Below, one piece after another: positions 9,327 through 19,543 of a stretch of 64,000 bases of DNA. The position numbers were made by a program, and so were the translations under genes. This DNA is from Verrucomicrobiia bacterium (GTDB lineage: Bacteria > Verrucomicrobiota > Verrucomicrobiia > JADLBR01 > JAIBCM01). The notes beneath the pieces are model-generated. The model ran no database searches. It was given only the letters and a program-made list of their open reading frames with translations, and was not told where the DNA came from. The DNA is taken from positions 9,900 to 73,899 of the forward strand of contig JAWLBA010000003.1 of NCBI GenBank assembly GCA_041395165.1. Reading direction: 5' to 3'. Numbering within the stretch: the stretch's first letter is position 1; every line of letters begins with the position of its first letter.

Positions 9327-10445
9327 ATGATCTCCACTTTTTCCTTTCCCACTTCCATTCTTTACGGACCAGGTGCTCGCCATGAGCTATCAAAAAAATT
9401 GCAAACTTTCCAATTAAAGCGCCCTCTCATCGTAACCGATCCCGGTCTCTTAAAAACGCCTGCATTTCAACGTTTACGCGACGCGCTATCCGCTAATTTT
9501 CCCACCTTTTCCGAAGTGCATCCTAATCCAATGGAAAATGATGTGGAGCAAGCTTTTCAAGCTTATCAAAATAATCAATGCGATTCAGTCATCGCCTTTG
9601 GCGGAGGCAGCGCACTCGATGTTGGAAAAGTCATTCGACTTCGCATTAAACAACCTCAACAAAAACTTTCGCAATTTAACTACGAAACAGATTACTCTTC
9701 GCTCGCACCCTTTATCGCAATTCCTACAACAGCCGGCACAGGAAGCGAAGTGGGGCGTAGCTCTGTCATTATTCTCGATCAACATAAACGCGTTTTTTTT
9801 CATCCTTCACTTCTTGCCACTCTCGTCATCCTTGATCCTGAATTCACTTTGGAACTCCCGCCCCAACTCACAGCCGCCACGGGTGCCGATGCGCTCACCC
9901 ATTGCATCGAATCTTTTACGTCACCCGTTTTTCATCCACTCTGCGACGCCATCGCTTTGGAAGGCATCCATCTCATCTGCGCTCAAAAAGCGCTTTTACG
10001 CGCTTATCAAAACGGGAACGATTTGGAAGCGCGCGGCCTTATGCAACTGGCTGCCACCATGGGTGCGATCGCTTTTCAAAAAGATCTCGGCGCGACCCAC
10101 TCCCTTGCTCATCCCCTCTCCTCGCTCTGTGGTTTGCATCATGGCACTGCCAACGCACTTTGTTTACCTTGGGTCATGGAATGGAACGCCCAACGCAAAC
10201 CTAGTCTCTACCATCGCGTTGGCATCGCCATGGGCCTCATTGAACCCAACGACGCCAAAACCATTACCACCATTCGCCTGTTGCTCGAGCAACTCAACCT
10301 TTCTGGCAAACTTCGTGATTATCAGGTTAAAAAATCTGATATCGACACGCTCACTCAACATGCTTATGATGACAGTTGTCACCAAACCAATCCCGTCCCT
10401 GTCACCCAAAACGACCTTAAAGAACTTTATCTCCAAGCATTTTGA
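9327..10445 (+). CDS. Iron-containing alcohol dehydrogenase
   Basis: GGGSALDVGK, IPTTAGTGSE, DALTHCIE, HSLAH, HHGTANA. Confidence 0.93.
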   Translation: MISTFSFPTSILYGPGARHELSKKLQTFQLKRPLIVTDPGLLKTPAFQRLRDALSANFPTFSEVHPNPMENDVEQAFQAYQNNQCDSVIAFGGGSALDVGKVIRLRIKQPQQKLSQFNYETDYSSLAPFIAIPTTAGTGSEVGRSSVIILDQHKRVFFHPSLLATLVILDPEFTLELPPQLTAATGADALTHCIESFTSPVFHPLCDAIALEGIHLICAQKALLRAYQNGNDLEARGLMQLAATMGAIAFQKDLGATHSLAHPLSSLCGLHHGTANALCLPWVMEWNAQRKPSLYHRVGIAMGLIEPNDAKTITTIRLLLEQLNLSGKLRDYQVKKSDIDTLTQHAYDDSCHQTNPVPVTQNDLKELYLQAF

Positions 10446-10451
10446 TAAAAA

Positions 10452-11888
10452 ATGAAAAAGTTTATCTCCCAACTTGTCATCAATGGCAAACTTTGCCATG
10501 CGTCAGATCGAAACACGCTCACTCTCATCAACCCTGCTACTGAAAAAAAACTTTGTGAAGTAGCCTCTGCCTCTCTCAAAGATTTGGAAACCAGCGTTAC
10601 AGGCGCTCAAAAAGCTTTTGAAAAAAGCTGGCGCGACATGACACCCGGCAAAAGAACTGAAATTCTTTTTCGCTTCACCCAGCTCATTGTTCAACATCAA
10701 GAAGAACTTGCTCAATTAGAAATGCTGAACATCGGCATGCCCATTTCCAATGCCAGAGACGAGCTTCAATTAACCTTTCGTATTGCTGCCTATTATACCG
10801 ATGCCATTTCAAAATTTTGTGGTCAAACTATTCCCGTAGCTCGTGGCGGATTTGATTTTACTGTTCGCTCACCCCTTGGTGTTGTCGCTGCCATTGTGCC
10901 ATGGAATTTTCCCTTATCGATTGCCGCATGGAAAGTTTTTCCTGCACTTGCTGCAGGCAATTGCGTTGTGCTAAAACCTGCCAGCCTCTCTCCACTCACT
11001 GCTATCAGACTTGGAGTTTTGGCATTGGAAGCCGGTTTGCCAGATGGCGTTTTACAGGTTTTACCAGGAAGCGGTCAGCGACTGGGCAACGCTTTAGTGC
11101 AACATCCTCTCATTCGCAAAATTTCTTTTACTGGTTCTACAGAAATCGGCACTCGCATTATGAAAATGGCCGCCGACGATATGAAACGCGTTTCTTTAGA
11201 GCTTGGTGGCAAATCTCCCAACATCGTTTTTAATGATGCCGACTTAGAAAAAACTGCCGCCCTTTGTTCTATTAGCGTCTTTGACAACACGGGACAGGAT
11301 TGTTGCGCGCGAAGTCGAGTTTTTGTTGAACATAGCATCTTTGAAGAATTTGTTAAATAAATTATCCAAGCTAGCAACAACCTCGTTATCGGTGATCCCA
11401 ACCACCCCAAAACACAAATAGGACCACTTATTTCCAAACAACATCGTGATAGTGTTCAAACCTACTTGGATTCTGTTCCAGTCTATTGCAAAAAAATGGC
11501 TTGTGGCAAAACACCACTCCCTAAAAAAGGTTTTTATATCCGACCCACTGTTATTCTAGGTTGCAACACAAGTGAAAAAGTATGGCGAGAAGAAATTTTT
11601 GGACCCGTCGTTTGCATTCGACCTTTTCGTGACGAAAACAGCATGTTGCGCGAAGTCAACGCATCGCACTACGGGTTAAGCGGTTCGATTTGGACGAATG
11701 ATTTAAAACGCGCCCTACGCGTTGCAAAACGTGTTGAAAGTGGAGTGCTCAGCATCAACTCCGCAAATAGCGTTCATGTTGCCGCACCTTTTGGCGGTTT
11801 CAAACGCAGTGGAATCGGGCGCGATCTGGGGATGACCGCAATGGAAGGTTACACCGAACTAAAAAATATTTATATTACAGAGGATTAA
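10452..11888 (+). CDS. NAD-dependent aldehyde dehydrogenase (PuuC-like), interrupted by one in-frame TAA at 11358-11360
   Basis: IVPWNFP, LKPA, FTGST, LELGGKSP, GQDCCARSR, EEIFGPV, PFGGFKRSGIGR; both ORF-track pieces share one frame (FVK*IIQASNNLVIGDP). Confidence 0.9.
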
Positions 11889-11912
11889 AATTCTCAACTT
11901 GGAGGCTTGTTC

Positions 11913-13259
11913 ATGAATCTAACCGAACTAAAAAATAAAATTGCCAAAAAAGAAATCGATACGATCTTAATCGTTTTTCCAGATGTGTTTGGACGATTAA
12001 TGGGCAAGCGCTTGACGGCTCATTATTTTTTAGATCACGTGGCCCAAAGCGGCACTCACGGTTGTAACTATCTTCTAACACTCAATATGGAAATGGATCC
12101 ACAAGACGGTTTTGATCTGGCCAGTTGGGAAAAAGGATTTGGCGATTTTGAAATGCGCCCCGATCTTTCCACTTTGCGCCTATTACCCTGGCAACCCGGA
12201 ACCGCCTTTGTTTTGTGCGATCTACATCATCATGAAAATGGTTTGGTTGAGGAAGCGCCTCGCACCGTTTTGCGTCGTCAAATCGAAGCCTTGGGAAAAC
12301 GCGGATTCACTAGCAAAATTGCAAGCGAACTAGAGTTTTTTCTTTTCAATCACACCTATCATGAAGCGCTTGAAAAAAAATATTCCCATCTCACGCCCTC
12401 CAGCGATTACCGCATCGATTATCATACCATGCAACCCTTACGGGATGAACCGATTTTGCGTGCGCTGCGCAATCAAATGGAAGAAGCAGGAATTCCAGTC
12501 GAATCTTCCAAAGGCGAATGGGGTTGTGGCCAACATGAACTAAATTTTGTTTATCATGAACCCTTAGAAATTGCTGATCGTCACACTCTTTTTAAACAAG
12601 GCGCCAAGGAAATCGCAGAACAAAATGGAAAATGTCTCACTTTCATGGCAAAAATCGCCACGCAAGAAGCCGGCAGCAGTTGCCATATCCACATCAGTTT
12701 ATGGCAAAAAAATAAAAATCTTTTTTGGGACAACAAAAAACATAGCGGTTCACAATTATTCAAACATTTTCTCGGCGGCTTAATGAAATATTCTCCAGAA
12801 CTTTGCTATTTCTACGCGCCCACCATCAACGCTTACAAACGTTACCAAACCGCTAGTTGGGCGCCTACCAAAATGGCCTGGTCTCTGGACAATCGCACGG
12901 TGGGATTTCGCGTTGTCGGTCATGGTGATGCGTTTCGCATTGAAAATCGCATGCCCGGCGCCGATGCCAATCCTTACCTAGCCTTCGCCGCAATGATGGT
13001 TGCCGGCATGGCAGGCATCGACGAAAAACTCGACTGCGGGGGCGCTTATCAAGGCAACGCTTATCTCGACAAAAAATTAGCCAGCCTACCCAAATCCTTG
13101 GCTGAAGCTGCCGAAAAATTGAATCGCAGCAAACTCGCTCGTCTTGCTCTTGGCGACAGCGTGGTAGACTTTTACGTTCACACTGCTCGCTTGGAAATCC
13201 AAGCTTTCAACGAAGCTGTTACCGATTGGGAATTGAAACGTTATTTCGAAAGAATTTAA
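11913..13259 (+). CDS. Glutamine-synthetase-like gamma-glutamyl-amine ligase (GlnA4-type)
   Basis: DVFGRLMGKR..AHYFLD, GCNYLL, SWEKGFGDF, ELEFFLF, GEWGCGQHELN, GSSCHIHISL, NRTVGFR, ENRMPGADANPYL; RBS GGAGG at 11901. Confidence 0.88.
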   Translation: MNLTELKNKIAKKEIDTILIVFPDVFGRLMGKRLTAHYFLDHVAQSGTHGCNYLLTLNMEMDPQDGFDLASWEKGFGDFEMRPDLSTLRLLPWQPGTAFVLCDLHHHENGLVEEAPRTVLRRQIEALGKRGFTSKIASELEFFLFNHTYHEALEKKYSHLTPSSDYRIDYHTMQPLRDEPILRALRNQMEEAGIPVESSKGEWGCGQHELNFVYHEPLEIADRHTLFKQGAKEIAEQNGKCLTFMAKIATQEAGSSCHIHISLWQKNKNLFWDNKKHSGSQLFKHFLGGLMKYSPELCYFYAPTINAYKRYQTASWAPTKMAWSLDNRTVGFRVVGHGDAFRIENRMPGADANPYLAFAAMMVAGMAGIDEKLDCGGAYQGNAYLDKKLASLPKSLAEAAEKLNRSKLARLALGDSVVDFYVHTARLEIQAFNEAVTDWELKRYFERI

Positions 13260-14791
13260 AGTTTCATTCCCGCTTCACCAACGCGTTGCTCCAATTCTTG
13301 AAGTTTTTCCAAACGCGCTTGTGCTTCTTCTTCAGAAGGCGGTCCTTTGAAACGTTTTTTTACAACGGTAAACCAGGTAACGACCAATAAAACAATAACA
13401 GCTCCAGTAATATTAAGCGCTTTTTCGTTCGGAGGTTGAATACCTAAATAAAACATGAGAAGCACGCCCAACACACAAATGGTGCCAATGATACGATAAG
13501 CCGTCTTGCCAATATCAAACGGACCCATGCGAGTCCATGTGCGACCATAAGCAAAAATGCCTGCCGCGGCGGGCATCACATAAGAAAAATAAAGAAAAAT
13601 AACGCAAGCTGCAGTTAACGTGGCATAAGCCTCAGCATAAGCCGTCGATAAAATTGCCAAGGCGCCCGTAATCCAAATCGCATAAGTCGGCGTGCGATGA
13701 ACAGGCGAAATGTGGCGCAACCCTTTCGACCAGGGCAATCCCCCATCGCGCGCAAAAGCAAAAGTCATGCGCGAACTCGAAGTTAAACAGGCCAAACCGC
13801 AAAGATAATTAGCCAAAGCAATGCCAGCCCAAAGAATCATTTTAAGTGGTTCAGGAACTAAACTGTTCATCAACCAATAAAAAACGTTCCCCCCTTGCTT
13901 CGCTGCTTCATCCATATTAGGAATCGCCAAAACAAAAGAAGCCACCATCACAAAACCAAAAATACCGGAAAGATAAACCGAACGCAAAATTCCTTTAGGC
14001 ACGTTTTTTGCTGCTCCTAACGTCTCCTCTGAAGTATGAGCCGAAGCATCATAACCAGTGATGGTATAAACGGGCAATAACAGCCCTAGTAAAAAAAGCA
14101 TCATAATACTATTATTTTGCGGCCAAACTTCTCCTCCCGCATTGCCACTATAATTCGCAAAAGTAACAAGCCGACTAAAATCCAAATGCGGGGCAAGAAA
14201 CAACAGGCTAAGAGTAAGTACAATAGAAACTGCAAAAATCAGATAGCCGCTAAAATCAGTCAATAAAGTCGTCACACGAATTCCATAATGATTAAATAAA
14301 GCGTGCGAAAAAATAATTAAACTCACACCCATCAACTGATGCTTGGCAGTGAGCATAGCTGGATCCACACCAAAATAAGGAAGCACCGCATTAATAAAAA
14401 TAGTATAAGCTCCCACATCCACCGCAGCCGTTACAAAAATTAATCCACTCAAATTGAGCCACGCCGTCACCCATCCCCATCCTTTTCCGCCCAAAATCGA
14501 ACTCCAATGATAAAGACCACCCGCTGTCGGATAAGCCGAAGCTACTTGGGCCATAGTTAAAGACACTAAAAAGGCAAAAAACACCCCCACTGGCCAACCA
14601 ATTCCTACTCCCGCCCCTCCTGCACCACAAAAACCCAGTTGAAAAGAAGTAATGCCACCCGCCAAAATACAAATAATCGAAAACGAAATGGCAAAATTAG
14701 AAAAAGCACTCATACGCCGCTTGAGCTCTTGTGCGTAGCCCATTCGGTGCAATAATTTTACGTCATCATGAATATCGATTGAATCGCTCAT
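13256..14791 (-). CDS. APC-family amino acid/amine permease
   Basis: LHRMGYAQELKR.MS.FSNFAISFS, YPTAGGLYHW, GYDASAHTSEET, FAFARDGGLP; 12 TM; stop overlaps the GS-like gene stop. Confidence 0.92.
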   Translation of the reverse strand: MSDSIDIHDDVKLLHRMGYAQELKRRMSAFSNFAISFSIICILAGGITSFQLGFCGAGGAGVGIGWPVGVFFAFLVSLTMAQVASAYPTAGGLYHWSSILGGKGWGWVTAWLNLSGLIFVTAAVDVGAYTIFINAVLPYFGVDPAMLTAKHQLMGVSLIIFSHALFNHYGIRVTTLLTDFSGYLIFAVSIVLTLSLLFLAPHLDFSRLVTFANYSGNAGGEVWPQNNSIMMLFLLGLLLPVYTITGYDASAHTSEETLGAAKNVPKGILRSVYLSGIFGFVMVASFVLAIPNMDEAAKQGGNVFYWLMNSLVPEPLKMILWAGIALANYLCGLACLTSSSRMTFAFARDGGLPWSKGLRHISPVHRTPTYAIWITGALAILSTAYAEAYATLTAACVIFLYFSYVMPAAAGIFAYGRTWTRMGPFDIGKTAYRIIGTICVLGVLLMFYLGIQPPNEKALNITGAVIVLLVVTWFTVVKKRFKGPPSEEEAQARLEKLQELEQRVGEAGMKL

Positions 14792-14989
14792 ATTTTTCCT
14801 TTGTTTTTATGTTGAATGAAAACGTCCCCCTGAATAAGGCTACCAAGCTTCCGAAGGATAGCTAAAGTTCCTTGCATGCAACTCAAGCTTAATAAGCAAT
14901 ACTTATCCATAGCAAGCGAAATCTTAAATCTGATCGCTGTAAAAAAAGCTTCCCTTTTACCATAGAATTGTTTTTTTTGGTGGCTGATT

Positions 14990-16963
14990 ATGATTACCTT
15001 AGAACAACTTTCTACCTATATCGCGTCAGGACACCTTTTTGAAACAGCAGCCAAAAACTTTCTCGAAGCCTATCATTTAACCCTTCCCGACTCCTGGCAA
15101 CACGCGGCTTTACAAGAACTATGGGATGAAAAACAATTCACTGAAATCAACGATCGTTTTTATAAAACATTAAGCTTTGGCACCGGCGGCTTACGCGGAC
15201 GCACCATTGGTAAATATGTCACCCGCGCGGAACGCGGCACACCCAATGAGTTGGAACGACCCGAACATGCCTGCCTCGGCTCCAATGCCATGAACGATGC
15301 CAATGTCGAACGTGCTGCACGTGGACTTTGTCGTTATCTTAAGAAAATTTTTCGCAAACATCCCTCTCCCAGCCTCGTCATTGCGCATGACACCCGACAT
15401 TTTTCCCGAGACTTTGCTCAACTCGTCGCACAAGTCGCCACCAACGAAGGCATCAACGCTTGGCTCTTTGCCGAAGACCGTTCCACCCCTCAACTTTCTT
15501 TCACCATTCGCTATCTCAATGCCCAAGCCGGCGTCATGATTACCGCCAGCCACAATCCCCCTTACGACAACGGTTTCAAAGCCTATTTTGATGACGGCGC
15601 ACAACTCGTCGAACCTCACGCCTCGGCAATCATTCACGAAGTCAACCAGATCCAAGCTACTGGAGAACTGGAACCACGCCATGGCGCCACCGTTCAAATG
15701 CTTAATCCAGAAACCGATAAAGCTTACTTGCGAGCTTTGAGAACTTTGGTTCTGGACCCGGAAACTTTAGAGACTCAAGCCTCCAACCTAAAAATCGTTT
15801 ACACCCCCCTCCACGGCACAGGCGCTCATGCCATTGTCCCCATCCTAAAAAAATACAAAATAAAACCACTCCTCGTCAGAAAACAACTCAGCGCTGATGG
15901 CCGTTTTCCCACTGTCGCATCGCCCAATCCAGAAAATAGCGAAGCGCTCACTCTCGCCATAAAAAAAGCCCAAAAAGATAAAGCCGACATCGTGATTGCC
16001 ACCGATCCCGATTGCGATCGCATGGGCGTTGCCATTCGTAATTCACAAGGCGATTACGAACTCATTACCGGAAACCAAATCGGTTCCATTTTGGCTTATT
16101 ATCGAACCACTACTCTTTTCCAACAAGGCATTCTCACCCCACAAAATGCTAACCATGCTTGTCTCATCAAAACCTTTGTCACCACCGAACTGCAAACAGT
16201 TATCGCTAAAAAATTTGGCCTAAAGCTGGTCAATACCCTAACTGGTTTCAAATATATTGGAGAAAAACTGCGCGACTACGAACAACAACTCGTCGAACAA
16301 GGATTCAATGAAAAACATTATCGCTCCTATTCTGAAGAAGAAAAGCGCAACGCCCATTTGAAAAAAGGGTGCTATTTTGTGTTTGGCGGAGAAGAAAGCT
16401 ACGGCTACAGCGGCGGCGATTATGTTCGCGACAAAGATGCCAACGCAGCCGCGCTCATGTTCGTGGAAGCTGCAGCTCATGCGCGCTCACAAAATCAAAC
16501 TCTACTCGAATATCTGGATCAAATTTATTCGGAACTCGGCTTCTTCTATGAAAAACTGGGCCAATTCCTTCTCGAAGGCGCTGAAGGCGCAGTCAAAATT
16601 CAAGGAATTTTAAAATCTTTCGAACAAAATCCGCCTCAAAGCTATCTAGGCTATTCCGTCGTGGAAAAAATGAATTTTGCTAAAGAAAATTTAGTTGATG
16701 TCGATGGCAAACCAATTCCTAAGGAACTTATGCTCCTTTTTAAATTAGATAATGGCTCGCAAATTATCGTGCGTGGATCAGGCACAGAACCGAAAATTAA
16801 ATTTTACCTCTCAGCTCATCAACTTCCGCCTGATAGCAAATCGTTCACCCCAGAAACTCTCCTCCAAGCCAAACAACACGTCCAACAATTCATCATCCAA
16901 CTTTGGGATGCGGTTCAGGAAGATGTACAAAATCGATTACAATCCTTACCCACCAATCCATAA
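14990..16963 (+). CDS. Phosphoglucomutase/phosphomannomutase
   Basis: FGTGGLRG, ITASHNPPYDNGFK, ATDPDCDR, GGEESYG, RGSGTEPKIKFY. Confidence 0.93.
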   Translation: MITLEQLSTYIASGHLFETAAKNFLEAYHLTLPDSWQHAALQELWDEKQFTEINDRFYKTLSFGTGGLRGRTIGKYVTRAERGTPNELERPEHACLGSNAMNDANVERAARGLCRYLKKIFRKHPSPSLVIAHDTRHFSRDFAQLVAQVATNEGINAWLFAEDRSTPQLSFTIRYLNAQAGVMITASHNPPYDNGFKAYFDDGAQLVEPHASAIIHEVNQIQATGELEPRHGATVQMLNPETDKAYLRALRTLVLDPETLETQASNLKIVYTPLHGTGAHAIVPILKKYKIKPLLVRKQLSADGRFPTVASPNPENSEALTLAIKKAQKDKADIVIATDPDCDRMGVAIRNSQGDYELITGNQIGSILAYYRTTTLFQQGILTPQNANHACLIKTFVTTELQTVIAKKFGLKLVNTLTGFKYIGEKLRDYEQQLVEQGFNEKHYRSYSEEEKRNAHLKKGCYFVFGGEESYGYSGGDYVRDKDANAAALMFVEAAAHARSQNQTLLEYLDQIYSELGFFYEKLGQFLLEGAEGAVKIQGILKSFEQNPPQSYLGYSVVEKMNFAKENLVDVDGKPIPKELMLLFKLDNGSQIIVRGSGTEPKIKFYLSAHQLPPDSKSFTPETLLQAKQHVQQFIIQLWDAVQEDVQNRLQSLPTNP

Positions 16964-17005
16964 AATCCCTTTCCTCATTTCGATCACATCGCTATTATTT
17001 TTAGC

Positions 17006-17698
17006 ATGCTAAAAATCCGTGAACTCCCCTCGACTGAAAGACCTCGCGAGCGACTACAGAATCAAGGTCCTTCAGCGTTGCGAGAATCGGAATTACTAGC
17101 GATTCTTTTGCGCACGGGCACTACGGGCATTTCCTCTGTGCAATTGGGTGAAACATTACTCAAAAAATTTCATAGTCTCGATGGTCTAGCGCAAGCTTCT
17201 TTGCAAGATTTGGCGCAAATCAAAGGCGTAGGAATGACTAAAGCCATCCAACTCAAAGCGGCTTTTGAAATGGGCTCTCGCTTACGCCGGCAACTGGTTC
17301 AACAACAAAAAATTGAAACGCCTGAAGCGGTTTACGAGCTTTTGGGTGAGGAATTAAAAACGTTGCAATATGAAAGTGTGCGCGTGATTTTGCTCAATGC
17401 TAAACGTTTGCTCATTAGCATCGAAGAAATTTCACGAGGCTTGCTCGATCAAACTCTTGCTCATCCTCGCGAAGTTTTTTCATCGGCTATCGCACGCCGC
17501 GCTCATGCTATTATCTTGGTCCACAACCATCCCTCCGGCGATCCCTCCCCTTCCACAGCCGATATGCAAATGACCCAAACCTTGCTTGAAGCTTCCAAGA
17601 TCTTAGAAATTGCCTTATTCGATCACGTGATCATTGGAAAAAGAACCTCGGAATTTCCTGAAGGTTGGTTTAGTTTCCGAGCAGCAAACCGTTTATGA
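17006..17698 (+). CDS. radC: RadC/UPF0758 JAB-domain protein
   Basis: RPRERL, ELLAILLRTG, IKGVG.TKA, HPREVF, HNHPSGDPSPS..D. Confidence 0.95.
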   Translation: MLKIRELPSTERPRERLQNQGPSALRESELLAILLRTGTTGISSVQLGETLLKKFHSLDGLAQASLQDLAQIKGVGMTKAIQLKAAFEMGSRLRRQLVQQQKIETPEAVYELLGEELKTLQYESVRVILLNAKRLLISIEEISRGLLDQTLAHPREVFSSAIARRAHAIILVHNHPSGDPSPSTADMQMTQTLLEASKILEIALFDHVIIGKRTSEFPEGWFSFRAANRL

Positions 17699-18492
17699 TT
17701 CATCCCACCGCACACGTTCATCCCAAGGCCAAACTTGCAAGCAACGTTCAAATTGGCCCGGGCGTTATTATCGATGAACACGTTACGATCGGAGAAAATT
17801 GCGAGATTCGTGCTCATGCTGTCATTACAGGTCACACAACAATTGGACATCATAATCAAATTGGTTATGGAGCGATTATTGGCGCTGAACCTCAAGATCA
17901 CGCTTTCGATTTTAAAACGATTAGCTACGTGCGAATGGGCGATCACAACATAATTCGCGAATATACCACTATCCATCGCGGCACCCAACCCGAAACAGCT
18001 ACAGAAATCGGGAATCACTGCTTTTTAATGGGCAGCTCTCATCTGGCTCATAATTGCAAAGTGAAAGATGGCGCCATTCTCGCGAACCACGCTTTATGTG
18101 CTGGTTACGTGGAAATCGGCGAAAAAGCTTTCATTTCTGGCAATACCGTTATCCATCAATTCTGTCGCGTGGGTCGTATGGGCATGCTGCGCGGCGGAGG
18201 ACGCATCAGCAAAGATATTCCTCCTTTCATGATCGGCGATGCGACGAATCGTCTGATGGGTCTCAACAGTGTCGCTCTTAAGCGCGCTCAATTTTCTTTA
18301 GAAACCCGGATGGCGTTAAAACGTCTTTATCATGAGCTGTTTCTTTCCGGTAAAAATCTCAACGAAACTTTGAAACAATTTGATCTCGCATCCGCTTCTT
18401 CAGAGATCAAAGAAATCATTCAATTCATTCAAACCGCAAAAAAAGGCGTTGTGATGCCTGAAGCCAGCTCAAAAGCTGACGATGAAGAATGA
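17695..18492 (+). CDS. lpxA: UDP-N-acetylglucosamine O-acyltransferase
   Basis: IHPTA, hexapeptide repeats, IREYTTIHRGT, SHLAHNC, HQFCRVG, DIPPF. Confidence 0.93.
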   Translation: MIHPTAHVHPKAKLASNVQIGPGVIIDEHVTIGENCEIRAHAVITGHTTIGHHNQIGYGAIIGAEPQDHAFDFKTISYVRMGDHNIIREYTTIHRGTQPETATEIGNHCFLMGSSHLAHNCKVKDGAILANHALCAGYVEIGEKAFISGNTVIHQFCRVGRMGMLRGGGRISKDIPPFMIGDATNRLMGLNSVALKRAQFSLETRMALKRLYHELFLSGKNLNETLKQFDLASASSEIKEIIQFIQTAKKGVVMPEASSKADDEE

Positions 18493-18616
18493 TAATACAA
18501 ACGAGAATCAATAAAATATGCTTGCTCCGCCCGATTGAATGGCAGCTTTGGATTGATTTTCAATGTGATTCCAAACATTCTTTGCAGCCGGGCTACTTAC
18601 TAACTCATTGCCTGCC

Positions 18617-19331
18617 TCATTTACTTCTCATGACTAATGCAAGAAAAATATCCAATCTGCTTTTACCAGGAGCTGGTGCAATTAAACAGCGGCAAGAGCA
18701 CCCAAAGGACCGCTTGCCATCGTTTCGATCTACTCCAAGTGCATCCAAAGATGCCTCTGCTACATCTGCTGCCAACGATTCTTGAGGAGTTAAAGCCGCT
18801 CCCACTGCAAGACCATAACCGGTATATTTTATAATAGTTTCTTTCGCACCATCTACTTTATCATAAATTTGATTAATTTTTTCATTAGCATCGTTGACAC
18901 GTTTTGCAGCCAGTTCCATCGCGAACCGCTATCGCCAACGACTCCTTGGCTTCTTCCAACAGCGGATGTCCGGAGGGTGAATATCCGAATATCTTTCTAC
19001 ACGTTCAACCTGCTTCTCAACCTCTTTAAACCGCTGCCCCACTTCTTCAGAAGCACGTCTAGCTTGCACTTTAAGCGATTCAAGCTGGTCGGGCGCTCCT
19101 CTAATGATTTTTCTGGCATCGTCTAAGGCGTTCTGATCATTAAGGGTAAATATCCTCTGGGTTCTGCTTTAAGAATATCCTTTGAGGAAGACGGTCTTTA
19201 GCTTGAGTTAAAGACTCTCTCACTCCAGCTAAAAAAGTTTTAGCATCTTTTTGGGCCTGCCTCCCCTGTTTCACCGTCGCTTTAAGTGCGTCCTTAAGAG
19301 CTTTCTTCGCGGCTTGACTCAATAGTCCCAT
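18617..19331 (-). CDS. Hypothetical helical protein, apparently broken by several indels; 3' end uncertain
   Basis: ATG 19331 with RBS GGAGG; coding-like segments continue across frames (MGLLSQAAKKALKDALK..; LNDQNALDDARKIIRG..EVEKQVERVE; LEEAKESLAIAV; MELAAKRVNDANEKINQ..). Confidence 0.5.
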
Positions 19332-19372
19332 AATATTTGCCTCCTAGTGATTGGTTACTTTCCTCAAATTCA

Positions 19373-19400
19373 AAAGTATTTACGAAAATGACCTTGTCAA
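19373..19400 (-). promoter_or_regulatory. Putative sigma70 promoter for the 19331 gene
   Basis: TTGACA-N16-TACTTT on minus strand, 40-70 bp upstream of ATG. Confidence 0.4.
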
Positions 19401-19463
19401 ATTAAAATTAACTATTGGTAAGCAAAATTCAAAATTGCTCACTATGCATTCTGATAGTGTCCT

Positions 19464-19487
19464 AGTTTGAAAATTGGCCTTCAAACT
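19464..19487. promoter_or_regulatory. Perfect 8-bp inverted repeat (possible operator) upstream of moeB
   Basis: AGTTTGAA-aattggcc-TTCAAACT in a divergent intergenic region. Confidence 0.35.
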
Positions 19488-19543
19488 GAATAACCCTACA
19501 CATTGCATTCTTCAAAAATCCTGCTAAGTAAATTAGGTTGTTT

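Noticed and set aside
14792-14989. Sigma54 promoter or riboswitch upstream of the APC permease (TGGATAAGTATTGCT; small hairpin near CTTCGG)
   Set aside because: GG-to-GC spacing is 9 rather than 10 nt, and no recognisable riboswitch consensus could be folded.
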